Positions 48,847-57,591 of a stretch of 60,343 nucleotides of DNA are shown piece after piece (positions within the stretch are counted from its first letter, which is position 1; each line of letters begins with the position of its first letter). The translations under genes and the position numbers were made by a program. The stretch lies in the IMG/VR virus record IMGVR_UViG_3300027813_000013, positions 1 to 60,343 of that record. One strand, given 5' to 3'. Source of the stretch: a virus. Lineage: Duplodnaviria; Caudoviricetes. The notes under the pieces were generated by a model. That model had not been told where the DNA came from. It ran no database searches and worked only from the letters and a program-made list of their open reading frames with translations.

Positions 48847-50557
48847 CACCTGCTCCCTCCCAGTAGTCCGTTGTTTGACTCGATTCGTCTATTGATGATT
48901 CATCAATCGAAGCCCCATACCCAGCATGATCTCTTATAGATGTCTTTGACAGTTTAGAAAATAACGTATCTTTTGCTAATTCCATTGTTGTTAGATAACT
49001 ATTGCCGTGTATTACTGCATGTTGAACTTTCGTTATTAAATAATATCCAGTATAAAAAGAATGTTGTTCGTCTGGATAATAATTCGAAGGATATTTTAGT
49101 TCTATTATTTCACCAACAACTCTATTATGATCACCTGGTATAGTTATTTGCGTTATTATATTTCTAATTTGTCTTGATTGAGAATAACTTTGTATCAACC
49201 ATCTCTCCACTTGTTTATCTACAGAAATAGCACCTTTGGAGTTATCTGTCATAACATTTTGTAATAACTTTGTAATCATTTTTTCATTATGTTGAAAATT
49301 TGTAGATGCATACTTATAAAATGTTTCAGATGTATCCATTCCATAATGCTCATTATTGGTCAGTGGATATTTTTCTCCCTTTTTTCCAACATGTCTAAAA
49401 TTATTGAATTGAGATATATAATCATATTCATAATAAGTTACCTTATGATTTGCTTTGTATAATTTATTAGTAAATCTTGCATCATTAGTAAATTTTGCAT
49501 CAGAAGTGGGTGGTGGAACATGTGGCGTAGATGATGATTGATTTATAGAACCAATTCTTTGAGTTGTTGGATCATAAGTCAACAATCTTCCCGAATACAT
49601 TCCTTCAATTAAATTATTTAAAACATTAAAAGTAGATTGTATTTTGTATCGAACAACTGTAAATTCTTTTTGAAGTGGGGTGGAATCTATAATTTCAGAT
49701 GGTCTTATTACATAAGAAACCACTGGCACCTCAACTGATGATGTCTGTGCCGCCTTGCTGATTCTTAGGGCCTTTTGAAGACCATAATCCATGCCAGTTG
49801 CTTCTAATTCTGCTATATCAGAGTCTTCAACTACAGCAGGAGACTGAGTTACTAAAGGATGTAACAGATCGGACAATGTTTTAAAATAAAAACCAAATTT
49901 ATTCTCATAAAATACAAATTTTCCAAAATTTGCACTTTTTCCTCTTTGTTGCATTTCAACATTTGAAGCAACAGATTTTTTAACAACCATATCTATTGCT
50001 TGAAAAGGTCTTACTGTAGGCAATACAAAATGCATTCCATAAAAAGTTCCATCTGAATCCCCTTTTTTGTCAGAATGTAATGTTTTTGCATCAGTAACAA
50101 AAGAATCTGATACTATATACTTTTCATATATGTCTGCAATAATAGTAGAGGCCAACTCAGATTTATATGATTTCGATACTCTATTTCTTAAATTTGCAAT
50201 AAACTCATGTGAACAAAATTCCAATACATAAAATCTAGTGGGCCCCTCTTCTATAGTAGCGGATCTTTTAACAATTGTAAATGTAGCATCCCAATCCGGA
50301 CCATCTAATAATTTATTTTTTAACTGTATACGTATTGTTTCTTGTCCAATAAAAGGAATTCTTTCGTCTAGTCCAGCGACATCAAATATTTTTACATCAC
50401 CAGTTATAACATTACTTTCAAATAAAGATTCGTTTATTGTGAATCCTGCAATTGCTGAATTATTTTCAGAATCGATTGCATAGGGTATTCCTTTATAATT
50501 TGTAAATGTTATAGTCCAGGCTGAATCGGTACTAAAGTTAGAATCGGCTTCTGACAT
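48839..50557 (-). CDS. Baseplate hub protein (gp27-like)
   Basis: I.ESLF...ITG....D.......PFIGQE, FVFYEN..GFYF..L, I.IPGD....VGEII, G.YLITKVQH. Lies between gp53 and gp5. Confidence 0.65.
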   Translation of the reverse strand: MSEADSNFSTDSAWTITFTNYKGIPYAIDSENNSAIAGFTINESLFESNVITGDVKIFDVAGLDERIPFIGQETIRIQLKNKLLDGPDWDATFTIVKRSATIEEGPTRFYVLEFCSHEFIANLRNRVSKSYKSELASTIIADIYEKYIVSDSFVTDAKTLHSDKKGDSDGTFYGMHFVLPTVRPFQAIDMVVKKSVASNVEMQQRGKSANFGKFVFYENKFGFYFKTLSDLLHPLVTQSPAVVEDSDIAELEATGMDYGLQKALRISKAAQTSSVEVPVVSYVIRPSEIIDSTPLQKEFTVVRYKIQSTFNVLNNLIEGMYSGRLLTYDPTTQRIGSINQSSSTPHVPPPTSDAKFTNDARFTNKLYKANHKVTYYEYDYISQFNNFRHVGKKGEKYPLTNNEHYGMDTSETFYKYASTNFQHNEKMITKLLQNVMTDNSKGAISVDKQVERWLIQSYSQSRQIRNIITQITIPGDHNRVVGEIIELKYPSNYYPDEQHSFYTGYYLITKVQHAVIHGNSYLTTMELAKDTLFSKLSKTSIRDHAGYGASIDESSIDESSQTTDYWEGAGDE

Positions 50558-50568
50558 ATTATATCCTA

Positions 50569-51147
50569 CTAATTAGCATAAATGCTTCTTAACTCATTCA
50601 TAATCTGTTTGGAATAAGTATTTTCTATTAAAACAATTTCTTTTTTTTGATTGTTATTCATAATTTCATAATCATAATTGTATATTATTTTTCTTTCTGT
50701 AATAATAAGAGCATCATATGTTTCTTTATTAACGATTGCAACCTTTTCCAAAATTTTACCTGTATCCGCCGTTGCTTTAGTGCCGCTTCTTAATATTCGT
50801 TCATAATGATGTATTTCTGTTCTTGCAGAATCTATCGAACCATATTTTTCTTTAATAAAGTTTGATAGATCATTTCCAAATAAAGGCCATTCATATAAAG
50901 GATCTTGAATTTGATTTGCTAAAAATATTAAGAAGGTATAATCTGAAGATCCATAATATTGAGATGCTATAACATCGGGTCTTTCGAATTCTTTTATTCG
51001 ATATGGATAATATGAAGAGATATTTTTTAAAACTTCATTATTTACATTTACTCTAGACAACAAATTTGTTGCAAGTGTGCCTCTAATAGGTTTAACTTTA
51101 TCCATATTATAATAAAATGTTTTATAATTTCTAAAAAATTCTGACAT
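50569..51147 (-). CDS. gp53: Baseplate wedge component
   Basis: Y.IKEFERPDVIA..YYG...Y..LIFLAN.I.DP.YEWP, IHHYE, YDYE...N..K.EI.L. Confidence 0.92.
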   Translation of the reverse strand: MSEFFRNYKTFYYNMDKVKPIRGTLATNLLSRVNVNNEVLKNISSYYPYRIKEFERPDVIASQYYGSSDYTFLIFLANQIQDPLYEWPLFGNDLSNFIKEKYGSIDSARTEIHHYERILRSGTKATADTGKILEKVAIVNKETYDALIITERKIIYNYDYEIMNNNQKKEIVLIENTYSKQIMNELRSIYAN

Positions 51148-52244
51148 TAATAATCCTCCGCATGTGATCTATCAAGGGTAAAGTTTTCTTTAAATTGAAG
51201 CTGTAAACCTATTGTTGTCGGTAGTCCATTTTCTTCAAAAAATTTAGGTGAATATTTTGTTTTAAGTGATACTAAAAATGAATTTCCTATACGATGTAAA
51301 TATGTATTTTTTTCCAAATTACTATAAAATTGAATTCTATAAGAATTAGGAAAAGAAAAGAAAGCAGAATTCATTTTATTCGCAATCTTTAATGTTGTTT
51401 TTTTAGCACTATTATATGCTGGATGTCCTGGTGACATGTTCTGTCTATCATATGATACTACTTCTGTCACGGGATCCGTAGTTTCTAGGTCTAACTGATT
51501 CAATCCTGGTAGCATTCCATATTTTAAATTTGTTATAATTTTCATAAGCGTTTCAGATTCAATCGCAGATTTAGGATTAAATTCAAAATTAAAAGAATGT
51601 TCCCGCAATTTTTTTATTCCTGTAAATATAAGAGAAGTATATGGATTTCTTGCCTCCCTCATAGACATAGATGCTATTTGCTCCCCTTTTGCACTTGAAG
51701 GAGCTAATGATCCAAAGGCACTTGCTACATTAAATTTAATTCTATTCGCAAAATCTCCTCTTAAATCTTTACTATTATAATATGGAGAAACCTGTTGTGC
51801 TACATCTTTTCCCATTCTTCCATATAAATCCATAGCATTTTGTAAAAAACCACCGCTTCCTTCAGTTGCAAAAGAAGCATAATTTTCTCTTAAATCATTT
51901 GTTATTTGTTGTGCATTTTGGGATAAAATGTCCCCAAAGATACCCAAATTCACATCAGAATAATCCGCAGAATATTGTGTTTTTAATGAACCAACAGGCA
52001 AATGTAAAACAAAACTTTTACCCCGATCATAAAAATGACTTGATTCATTACCAGAAGTAACTTCTTCCATACCAGTCTGTCCATTAAATGCATCATTACT
52101 TTTGCTGGGTGGATTGAATATCAATTCTGATATTACCATAAAATGTTGCAACCCTTCAGCCGTAGCAATCCCCTTAGGATATTCAAATCTTTTTGCGCCT
52201 ACTATTCTATTTAAACTCCTACTCGGATCTTTTCTTCTGGCCAT
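51147..52244 (-). CDS. gp48: Baseplate tail-tube cap, gp48-like
   Basis: YP..., L.LP......YSADY, NPY...IF.G...R.HSFNFEF.PKS..E...L..I...K..MLP, P..Y.I, LQFKE. Confidence 0.7.
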   Translation of the reverse strand: MARRKDPSRSLNRIVGAKRFEYPKGIATAEGLQHFMVISELIFNPPSKSNDAFNGQTGMEEVTSGNESSHFYDRGKSFVLHLPVGSLKTQYSADYSDVNLGIFGDILSQNAQQITNDLRENYASFATEGSGGFLQNAMDLYGRMGKDVAQQVSPYYNSKDLRGDFANRIKFNVASAFGSLAPSSAKGEQIASMSMREARNPYTSLIFTGIKKLREHSFNFEFNPKSAIESETLMKIITNLKYGMLPGLNQLDLETTDPVTEVVSYDRQNMSPGHPAYNSAKKTTLKIANKMNSAFFSFPNSYRIQFYSNLEKNTYLHRIGNSFLVSLKTKYSPKFFEENGLPTTIGLQLQFKENFTLDRSHAEDY

Positions 52245-52245
52245 A

Positions 52246-53136
52246 TTATTCTCCGCTTATACCATACATAGCACCATAATCTTCAAAACATCTTTCTTTA
52301 GTATAAATCTCAGTTTCTTTAACAGTTACATTTAATGTAGCAGTTAATGGAGCATTTGTTCCTTTATAGAAAGTAGGATTTTGCGTTCCTGCTGAATAAT
52401 CAATTGTAAAATTCTGTATAACTGCTTTTCGAATTTTTATTAACTTGTCCTTATTTGTTTTACCATAATTTCCAGTAGTAGGAAAAAATGAAATATTAAC
52501 CTTATCGGGCATTGTTAAAATACCTGTACTTTGAGAACCCATTTCATCGGTTCGGTTTGTTCTTATTTTTTCTGGTAACATTGCATTTTTAAAAGTTTCA
52601 ATAATTTTTTTTATATGTTCACTTTCATGGGCCCTTTTAGGTATAAGAACAAAAGAAAAAGAAAATTCTCTAAATCCTACACTATTAAATACATTTGTAA
52701 TATAAGGGTTTTGTATTGTATTTAATCCTTTTGCAACTCCTGCTTTTAAACCAGGAGTTCCACTTAATACTACATCTGAAGCTATTCTGGCAAATGTTCC
52801 TGCATTAAAAGAAGATAGTCCCGTTTTTGCAATATTAGATAACCGGTCTATGCTTACATTTCCTGCTGAAGCTCCTACTGCGATTGCGCCAACAACATCA
52901 AATTCAACATTATCATATTTTACATTAATAGCATCATTTATTTCTGGAAAAGGCAACACTACACAAGAAGAAATTCTTGATTTCCCTTCTTCAAGAGTAA
53001 TAAATTCAAATAAACAAAATTTTCTTGATTCTGGTTCTGCTCCAGAAGACCCAATATTTTCTGGAAATCTGTGAACAGGAACACCTGTTCTTACATTAAT
53101 TAGTCGTGCTAATTTAGTGGCCGCATCTGTAGACAT
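52246..53136 (-). CDS. gp48: Second gp48-like tail-tube cap paralogue
   Basis: FP.., LPFP..I.D...V.Y, NPY...VF..VGFREFSFSF.LIPK...E...I..II..FK..MLP, P....I.F, L.V..KETEI.T. Confidence 0.7.
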   Translation of the reverse strand: MSTDAATKLARLINVRTGVPVHRFPENIGSSGAEPESRKFCLFEFITLEEGKSRISSCVVLPFPEINDAINVKYDNVEFDVVGAIAVGASAGNVSIDRLSNIAKTGLSSFNAGTFARIASDVVLSGTPGLKAGVAKGLNTIQNPYITNVFNSVGFREFSFSFVLIPKRAHESEHIKKIIETFKNAMLPEKIRTNRTDEMGSQSTGILTMPDKVNISFFPTTGNYGKTNKDKLIKIRKAVIQNFTIDYSAGTQNPTFYKGTNAPLTATLNVTVKETEIYTKERCFEDYGAMYGISGE

Positions 53137-53148
53137 TATTCTCCTTGT

Positions 53149-53164
53149 TATACATAATATTTAG
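53149..53164. promoter_or_regulatory. Late-promoter-like motifs in the divergent gp48/gp4 gap
   Basis: CTAAATA on the minus strand (53158-53164) and TATACATA (one mismatch) on the plus strand (53149-53156). Confidence 0.45.
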
Positions 53165-53165
53165 C

Positions 53166-53597
53166 ATGAGTTACAAAGGAAAATATAAAGTAAAGAATCT
53201 AAAAAAATATAAGGGAGATCCTACTAAAATAACTTACCGTTCTTTATGGGAAAAAAAATTCATGAATTATTGTGAAGGAAATCCTATGGTTATCGAATGG
53301 TCAAGTGAAGAAGTAGTTGTGCCCTATAAATCTCCTATTGATAAAAGAATGCATAGATATTTTCCTGATTTTTGGATTAAAATAAAAAGGAAAGATGGTC
53401 TAACAGAATGCATTGTTATAGAAGTCAAACCTAAAAAACAAACATCTCCTCCCAAAAAACCCAAAAGAGTTACTAAAAGATATTTATCCGAAGTATACAC
53501 ATTTGGTGTAAATGAAGCAAAATGGAGGGCGGCTACAGAGTTTTGTAAAAACAGAAAATGGAGATTTAAGATCATTACGGAAGATCATCTTTTTTAG
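53166..53597 (+). CDS. gp4: Head completion nuclease; start re-assigned to ATG 53166
   Basis: YKGKY...N.KKYKGD...I.YRSLWE..FM..C, WSSEE..VPY.SP.D...HRYFPDF, IEVKP, VN.AKW.AA. Confidence 0.95.
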   Translation: MSYKGKYKVKNLKKYKGDPTKITYRSLWEKKFMNYCEGNPMVIEWSSEEVVVPYKSPIDKRMHRYFPDFWIKIKRKDGLTECIVIEVKPKKQTSPPKKPKRVTKRYLSEVYTFGVNEAKWRAATEFCKNRKWRFKIITEDHLF

Positions 53598-53604
53598 CTA
53601 AATA
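53598..53604 (+). promoter_or_regulatory. Late promoter variant for the gp2 to tape-measure operon
   Basis: CTAAATA 5 nt before the ATG at 53610; no SD. Confidence 0.6.
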
Positions 53605-53609
53605 TAACT

Positions 53610-54191
53610 ATGGCACAACAAGATCAAACATTTTTAGATAGATTAAAAAATGCACTAAGAAGAAATGAGGGGCAACCAAAAACACGTAATGCATCACAGT
53701 GGTTTCGTAGAAAAGTTGGCGCCCTGAGATCAGAATTGAGAAGTAGATTTAGTGAAGTCGATACTGCAGACGAGTTTTATAAAACTGCTAAAAAATCAGG
53801 CACAGGAACAATATTACCAGGTGCGATGGCATCATATTTTTATGATCCAAAAACTAAAGAAAAAATGAAATATTATGATAGATTTCCATTGATCTTGTGT
53901 GTGAAAATGTATGGTAATGGATTTCTTGGTTTAAATTTTCATTATCTTCCACCATTGCTTAGAGCAAAATTGATGGATGCTATTGATCGTTCTAAAAGCG
54001 TAAATTATGAAGCACTTTCAAGAATTAAAGAGCTTAAACCAACAGTAAAAAGATATTTATATAAACACATAACATCTAGAGTTGTAATTGTAGACGAAGA
54101 TGAAAAAGAAATTGCATTATTTTTACCAACAGAAAGATTTAAAAAAGAAAACAAACTTGTCGTTTGGGGAGATAGTAGGAGAATGATATAA
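53610..54191 (+). CDS. gp2: DNA end protector protein
   Basis: YFYDPKTKEKMKYYDRFPLI, GFLGLNFHYLPP..RAKL, KP.VKRYL..H, LPTERF.K...VW.DSR. Confidence 0.95.
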   Translation: MAQQDQTFLDRLKNALRRNEGQPKTRNASQWFRRKVGALRSELRSRFSEVDTADEFYKTAKKSGTGTILPGAMASYFYDPKTKEKMKYYDRFPLILCVKMYGNGFLGLNFHYLPPLLRAKLMDAIDRSKSVNYEALSRIKELKPTVKRYLYKHITSRVVIVDEDEKEIALFLPTERFKKENKLVVWGDSRRMI

Positions 54192-54751
54192 TGCCTTTAA
54201 ACATAGACACATTTAGAAATAATTTAGCGTTTCATGGTGGTCCTGCACCAGTCAATAGATACGAAGTTACTATTCCAAGATTCCAAACCAGTTCGTTAAC
54301 TCTTCTCTGCGAACAGGCAGAACTTCCAGGTAAAACCATACTCACAGTTGAAGATAAATTATATGGACCCGTAAGAAAAATAGGTTATGGTCAAATGTTT
54401 ATTGATACTACAATGACATTTATTTGTACGGCGAACGGTTGGGAAGAAAAAGAATTTTTTGATGATTGGCAGAATCAGATAGTCGATCCCGAAATGTATG
54501 ATGCTTCATACTATGAAGATTATATAACTGATATTCGCTTAAAAACGTTTACAGAAGGAAATCAACCAAGCTATAGCATAATTTTTATGGAAGCATTTCC
54601 TTTAAATGTAGGGGCAATAAATTTGGGATGGAGCCAAAATAATGAATATGCCAGACTTAGTGTTACATTCGCATATCGAAGATGGAAACAATTGCCAAAA
54701 GAACAAGATTTAGGCGGTTCGCTTGGTCAGTCTGAAGGATTTCAAACATAA
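54191..54751 (+). CDS. Tail-tube initiator / gp19-like protein (gp54-like)
   Basis: NRYEV.I, CEQAELPGKTI.T, GY......TMTF, FFDDWQ..I, F.EAFP..VG.I.L, LSVTFAYR.W. Confidence 0.75.
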   Translation: MPLNIDTFRNNLAFHGGPAPVNRYEVTIPRFQTSSLTLLCEQAELPGKTILTVEDKLYGPVRKIGYGQMFIDTTMTFICTANGWEEKEFFDDWQNQIVDPEMYDASYYEDYITDIRLKTFTEGNQPSYSIIFMEAFPLNVGAINLGWSQNNEYARLSVTFAYRRWKQLPKEQDLGGSLGQSEGFQT

Positions 54752-54769
54752 TTAAAAAATGGAGATATA

Positions 54770-55516
54770 ATGAGTTTACCCGTAATTGATGCACCAACAT
54801 TTGAAATGAACTTGCTATCAATAAAAGATCCAATAACATATAGACCCTTTTTAGTCAAAGAAGAAAAACTTTTATTAATGGCCATGGAAGCAGGGGATCA
54901 ACAAGAGATAGTACACACTTCAAAACAAATAATTAATAATTGTATTTTATCTAAAAACGTTAATGCTGATAACTTACCATTATTTGATTTACAAATGGCA
55001 TTGTTAAAGATAAGATCAAAATCTGTTGGTGAAGAAATTGAAATACAAATGGGGCATTTTGAAGGAAAAAATAGTAAAGATGAAGAGTGCGATGGTGTCA
55101 GCAAAATAAAAATAAATCTAACTGATTTAAAACTTACTACGAATAAAGAACATTCTAAACTCGTTAAATTGACAGATGCAATTTCAATTGATATGAAATA
55201 TCCAACCATGTCTGTTTACAATCGAATGTCGGAATTAGAAGATGTAGAAGATGTTTCAACTGTAAACGAATTATTTGCCGTTATCATTGATTGTATTGAT
55301 AACATATATTCTGGTGACGAAATTTTTAGTGCGAATGATCATACTAAAGAAGAAATGACTAGTTTTGTTAATAGCTTAACGAGTGATCAATTTGAAAAAC
55401 TTAAAACATTTTTCAATACAATGCCTGCTCTATTATATGATATCGAATTTACTTGTTCGAAATGCAATTGTCATGAAAAACAAACTTTAAACGGAGTTGC
55501 CGATTTTTTTTTATGA
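54770..55516 (+). CDS. gp26: Baseplate hub assembly protein
   Basis: MSLP....P.F...L......YRPFLVKEEK.LLMA, L..FD....L.IRSKSVGE, MKYP, QF.K...FF.TMP, C..C......L.G..DFF. Confidence 0.9.
   Translation: MSLPVIDAPTFEMNLLSIKDPITYRPFLVKEEKLLLMAMEAGDQQEIVHTSKQIINNCILSKNVNADNLPLFDLQMALLKIRSKSVGEEIEIQMGHFEGKNSKDEECDGVSKIKINLTDLKLTTNKEHSKLVKLTDAISIDMKYPTMSVYNRMSELEDVEDVSTVNELFAVIIDCIDNIYSGDEIFSANDHTKEEMTSFVNSLTSDQFEKLKTFFNTMPALLYDIEFTCSKCNCHEKQTLNGVADFFL
55504..55513 (+). promoter_or_regulatory. Candidate -1 ribosomal frameshift site (T TTT TTT / T TTT TTA)
   Basis: GAT TTT TTT TTA TGA at the end of gp26. The gp51 ATG (55513) is in the -1 frame. Confidence 0.6.
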
Positions 55517-55701
55517 TATGTAGTCATAATAATTTAACAAACTATTATCAACTAACCTTTCAGTTAATGCAACATCATAAATATAGTTTAACAGAGATAG
55601 AAAATCTAATACCCTTTGAAAGAGACATTTACGTAGAAATGTTAATATCCCACATAGAAGAAGAAAACAGAAAAAATGAAGAACATCAGAGAAGGCAGTA
55701 A
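55513..55701 (+). CDS. gp51: Baseplate hub assembly catalyst (short gp51-like)
   Basis: L.NYY...FQLMQHHKYSLTEIENLIPFERDIYV.ML..HIEEEN. Confidence 0.9.
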   Translation: MICSHNNLTNYYQLTFQLMQHHKYSLTEIENLIPFERDIYVEMLISHIEEENRKNEEHQRRQ

Positions 55702-57539
55702 TGGCTCGTAAACCCCACAACTATTCACATTTTCAAAGTCTTGTTAATGAACTTAAAGATCAGAATAAGCATAATTTTGCAGGTCTTCAGACCCATTTAG
55801 AAGTACAAACTGATGTGCTACAAAGCATGAAAGGGTTCTTGCTAAAGGGAGTACAAGAAGATCAAGCAGACAACAGAAGAGAGAAAGAGGATCGGCTTGA
55901 GGGGAAAGCAGATAAAAGAAAAGCTGTAAACATGAAATCCAAACTGGATATGCCAAGATTTTCAGGAAAAGGATTCATGGGAATGTTGGGAAATTTTTTA
56001 TCTACTGCACTTATAGGAATTCCTGGGGGATTAAGAAGATTTTTACCACGAAGTTTGGGTCTGGCATTGCTACCTAAATTAGCAAGAGGCGTAGCTTTAA
56101 TGGTTGCAGGACCATCATTAATTAAAGCATTACAAGCAGGATTTGATCAAAAAACTTTTAGTGGTGGTGTTACAGCATTTATGGATTCGTATTTTTCTCC
56201 ATCGGGTGGAGCTTATAAAAGTCTTGCAGGGGCCGCGGCAGGAGGTGCTGGAAAAGGTGCTTTGGTCGGTTTTGGATTATTAGGACCAAGAGGAGCAATA
56301 ATTGGTGGAGTTCTTGGAGGAGCATTATCTGGACTAAATCATATTTTTGCAGAAGATAAATCAAAAATGAATTCCAAAAACGTAATGACTAAAGTAAAAG
56401 AACACTTGATGGAGAATATAAATTTATGGGCCGGAGCTGGTGGGGCTGTTTTAGGTATGAAATTAGGAGTAGTTGGAGGTCCAGCAGGAATGATAGCTGG
56501 AGCAATTCTTGGAGCAGGTATTGGAATAATAGGAGCAGGCTCCATTAAAGAAATGATGAAAGTAGAAGAAGGTGGAGAGAAAGATATTGGTAAAGCATTC
56601 AAGCAAGGCTTAAAAAATTATCTTATGAGTGACGAATTCGATGGTTCGGCTCTGCCATGGGCGGGGGGATTTTTTGGTGCGGCGGCATTTTCTGGTTTTG
56701 GTCCTGCAGGAATGATTGCTGGTATGATATTGGGAGCTGGTGCTGGAATAATAGGAGGACCCGTTTTAGCAGAAGCATTGAAAGCTCAAAAAGGAGAAGG
56801 AGGAAGTCTTGCGGGTCACATGAAAACTCAATTATGGAAATATTTACAAAGCAGTCCATATCTAAAACACGCTTTATTGGGGGCTGGACTTTTTGGAGGA
56901 GCCGCAATGCTCGGACTTGGACCAGTAGGATTAGTTGCAGGTATTGTAATAGGAGGTGCTATAGGAATTATTGCAACATGGGTAGGAAAAGCACTAGAGG
57001 ATTTGATAGGTACATCTGGAGCTAATTCTGTAATGGGCAAACTCTTTGGGAAAGAAAAAGAAAAACATTGGAATCAGAAGGTGCGGGATGCACAGGATGC
57101 AGATGAAGAGCGACAAACCCAACACACACTAGGACTTTTGAGGGCTGACCCTACAGATGGTGTGGGACAGAATGCAGAAAAACTTCGAAAAGCATATGCT
57201 ATTGCCGCCAAAGAACTGGGTATTGGGATGGGCAAATACGATGCATCTGCCTCCGTTCTGGCTTCGAAAAGAGTAGGTACTGGCATGTGGGGAGGTATGG
57301 GTTACGGCGCAGGTGACTTAAAATCGACAGATAAAGAAGAACAGCAATTTTTACGATTAGATTTTCAGAGGAAAAAAATACTTGAACTGGAAAGAGAAAG
57401 AGATGCCTTAAAAACCCAAACAGGAAGCACCGGAGGAATGAACATTTTCAGCGATTCAAGTTCGAGGAGTACTATAAATAGCACCCCAGATAACGCCTTT
57501 CCAAACTTGAATGGAGGAATGATTGACTCTATTGCATAA
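55701..57539 (+). CDS. Probable tape-measure protein (gp29 position) with glycine-zipper hydrophobic repeats
   Basis: Follows gp26/gp51; 612 aa, helical; four G-P-x-G-(M/A/L)-(I/V)-x-G hydrophobic hairpins; low-complexity C-terminus. Confidence 0.6.
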   Translation: MARKPHNYSHFQSLVNELKDQNKHNFAGLQTHLEVQTDVLQSMKGFLLKGVQEDQADNRREKEDRLEGKADKRKAVNMKSKLDMPRFSGKGFMGMLGNFLSTALIGIPGGLRRFLPRSLGLALLPKLARGVALMVAGPSLIKALQAGFDQKTFSGGVTAFMDSYFSPSGGAYKSLAGAAAGGAGKGALVGFGLLGPRGAIIGGVLGGALSGLNHIFAEDKSKMNSKNVMTKVKEHLMENINLWAGAGGAVLGMKLGVVGGPAGMIAGAILGAGIGIIGAGSIKEMMKVEEGGEKDIGKAFKQGLKNYLMSDEFDGSALPWAGGFFGAAAFSGFGPAGMIAGMILGAGAGIIGGPVLAEALKAQKGEGGSLAGHMKTQLWKYLQSSPYLKHALLGAGLFGGAAMLGLGPVGLVAGIVIGGAIGIIATWVGKALEDLIGTSGANSVMGKLFGKEKEKHWNQKVRDAQDADEERQTQHTLGLLRADPTDGVGQNAEKLRKAYAIAAKELGIGMGKYDASASVLASKRVGTGMWGGMGYGAGDLKSTDKEEQQFLRLDFQRKKILELERERDALKTQTGSTGGMNIFSDSSSRSTINSTPDNAFPNLNGGMIDSIA

Positions 57540-57544
57540 TAGAA

Positions 57545-57582
57545 TGAGTTTGTTCAATGAAGTTAATCAAAGAACAAACTCA
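57545..57582. terminator. Inverted repeat between convergent genes, probable bidirectional terminator or processing stem
   Basis: Perfect 11-bp arms TGAGTTTGTTC / GAACAAACTCA between the tape-measure stop and the gp32 stop. Confidence 0.6.
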
Positions 57583-57591
57583 AAAATATGT

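Noticed and set aside
9446-57286. Short antisense ORFs within structural genes
   Set aside because: Fully nested opposite well-supported genes, with no recognisable motifs.
57473-57480. TATAAATA inside the end of the tape-measure gene (similar hit near 17990 inside gp16)
   Set aside because: Intragenic, with no downstream gene on that strand; expected by chance in AT-rich DNA. An antisense role cannot be excluded.
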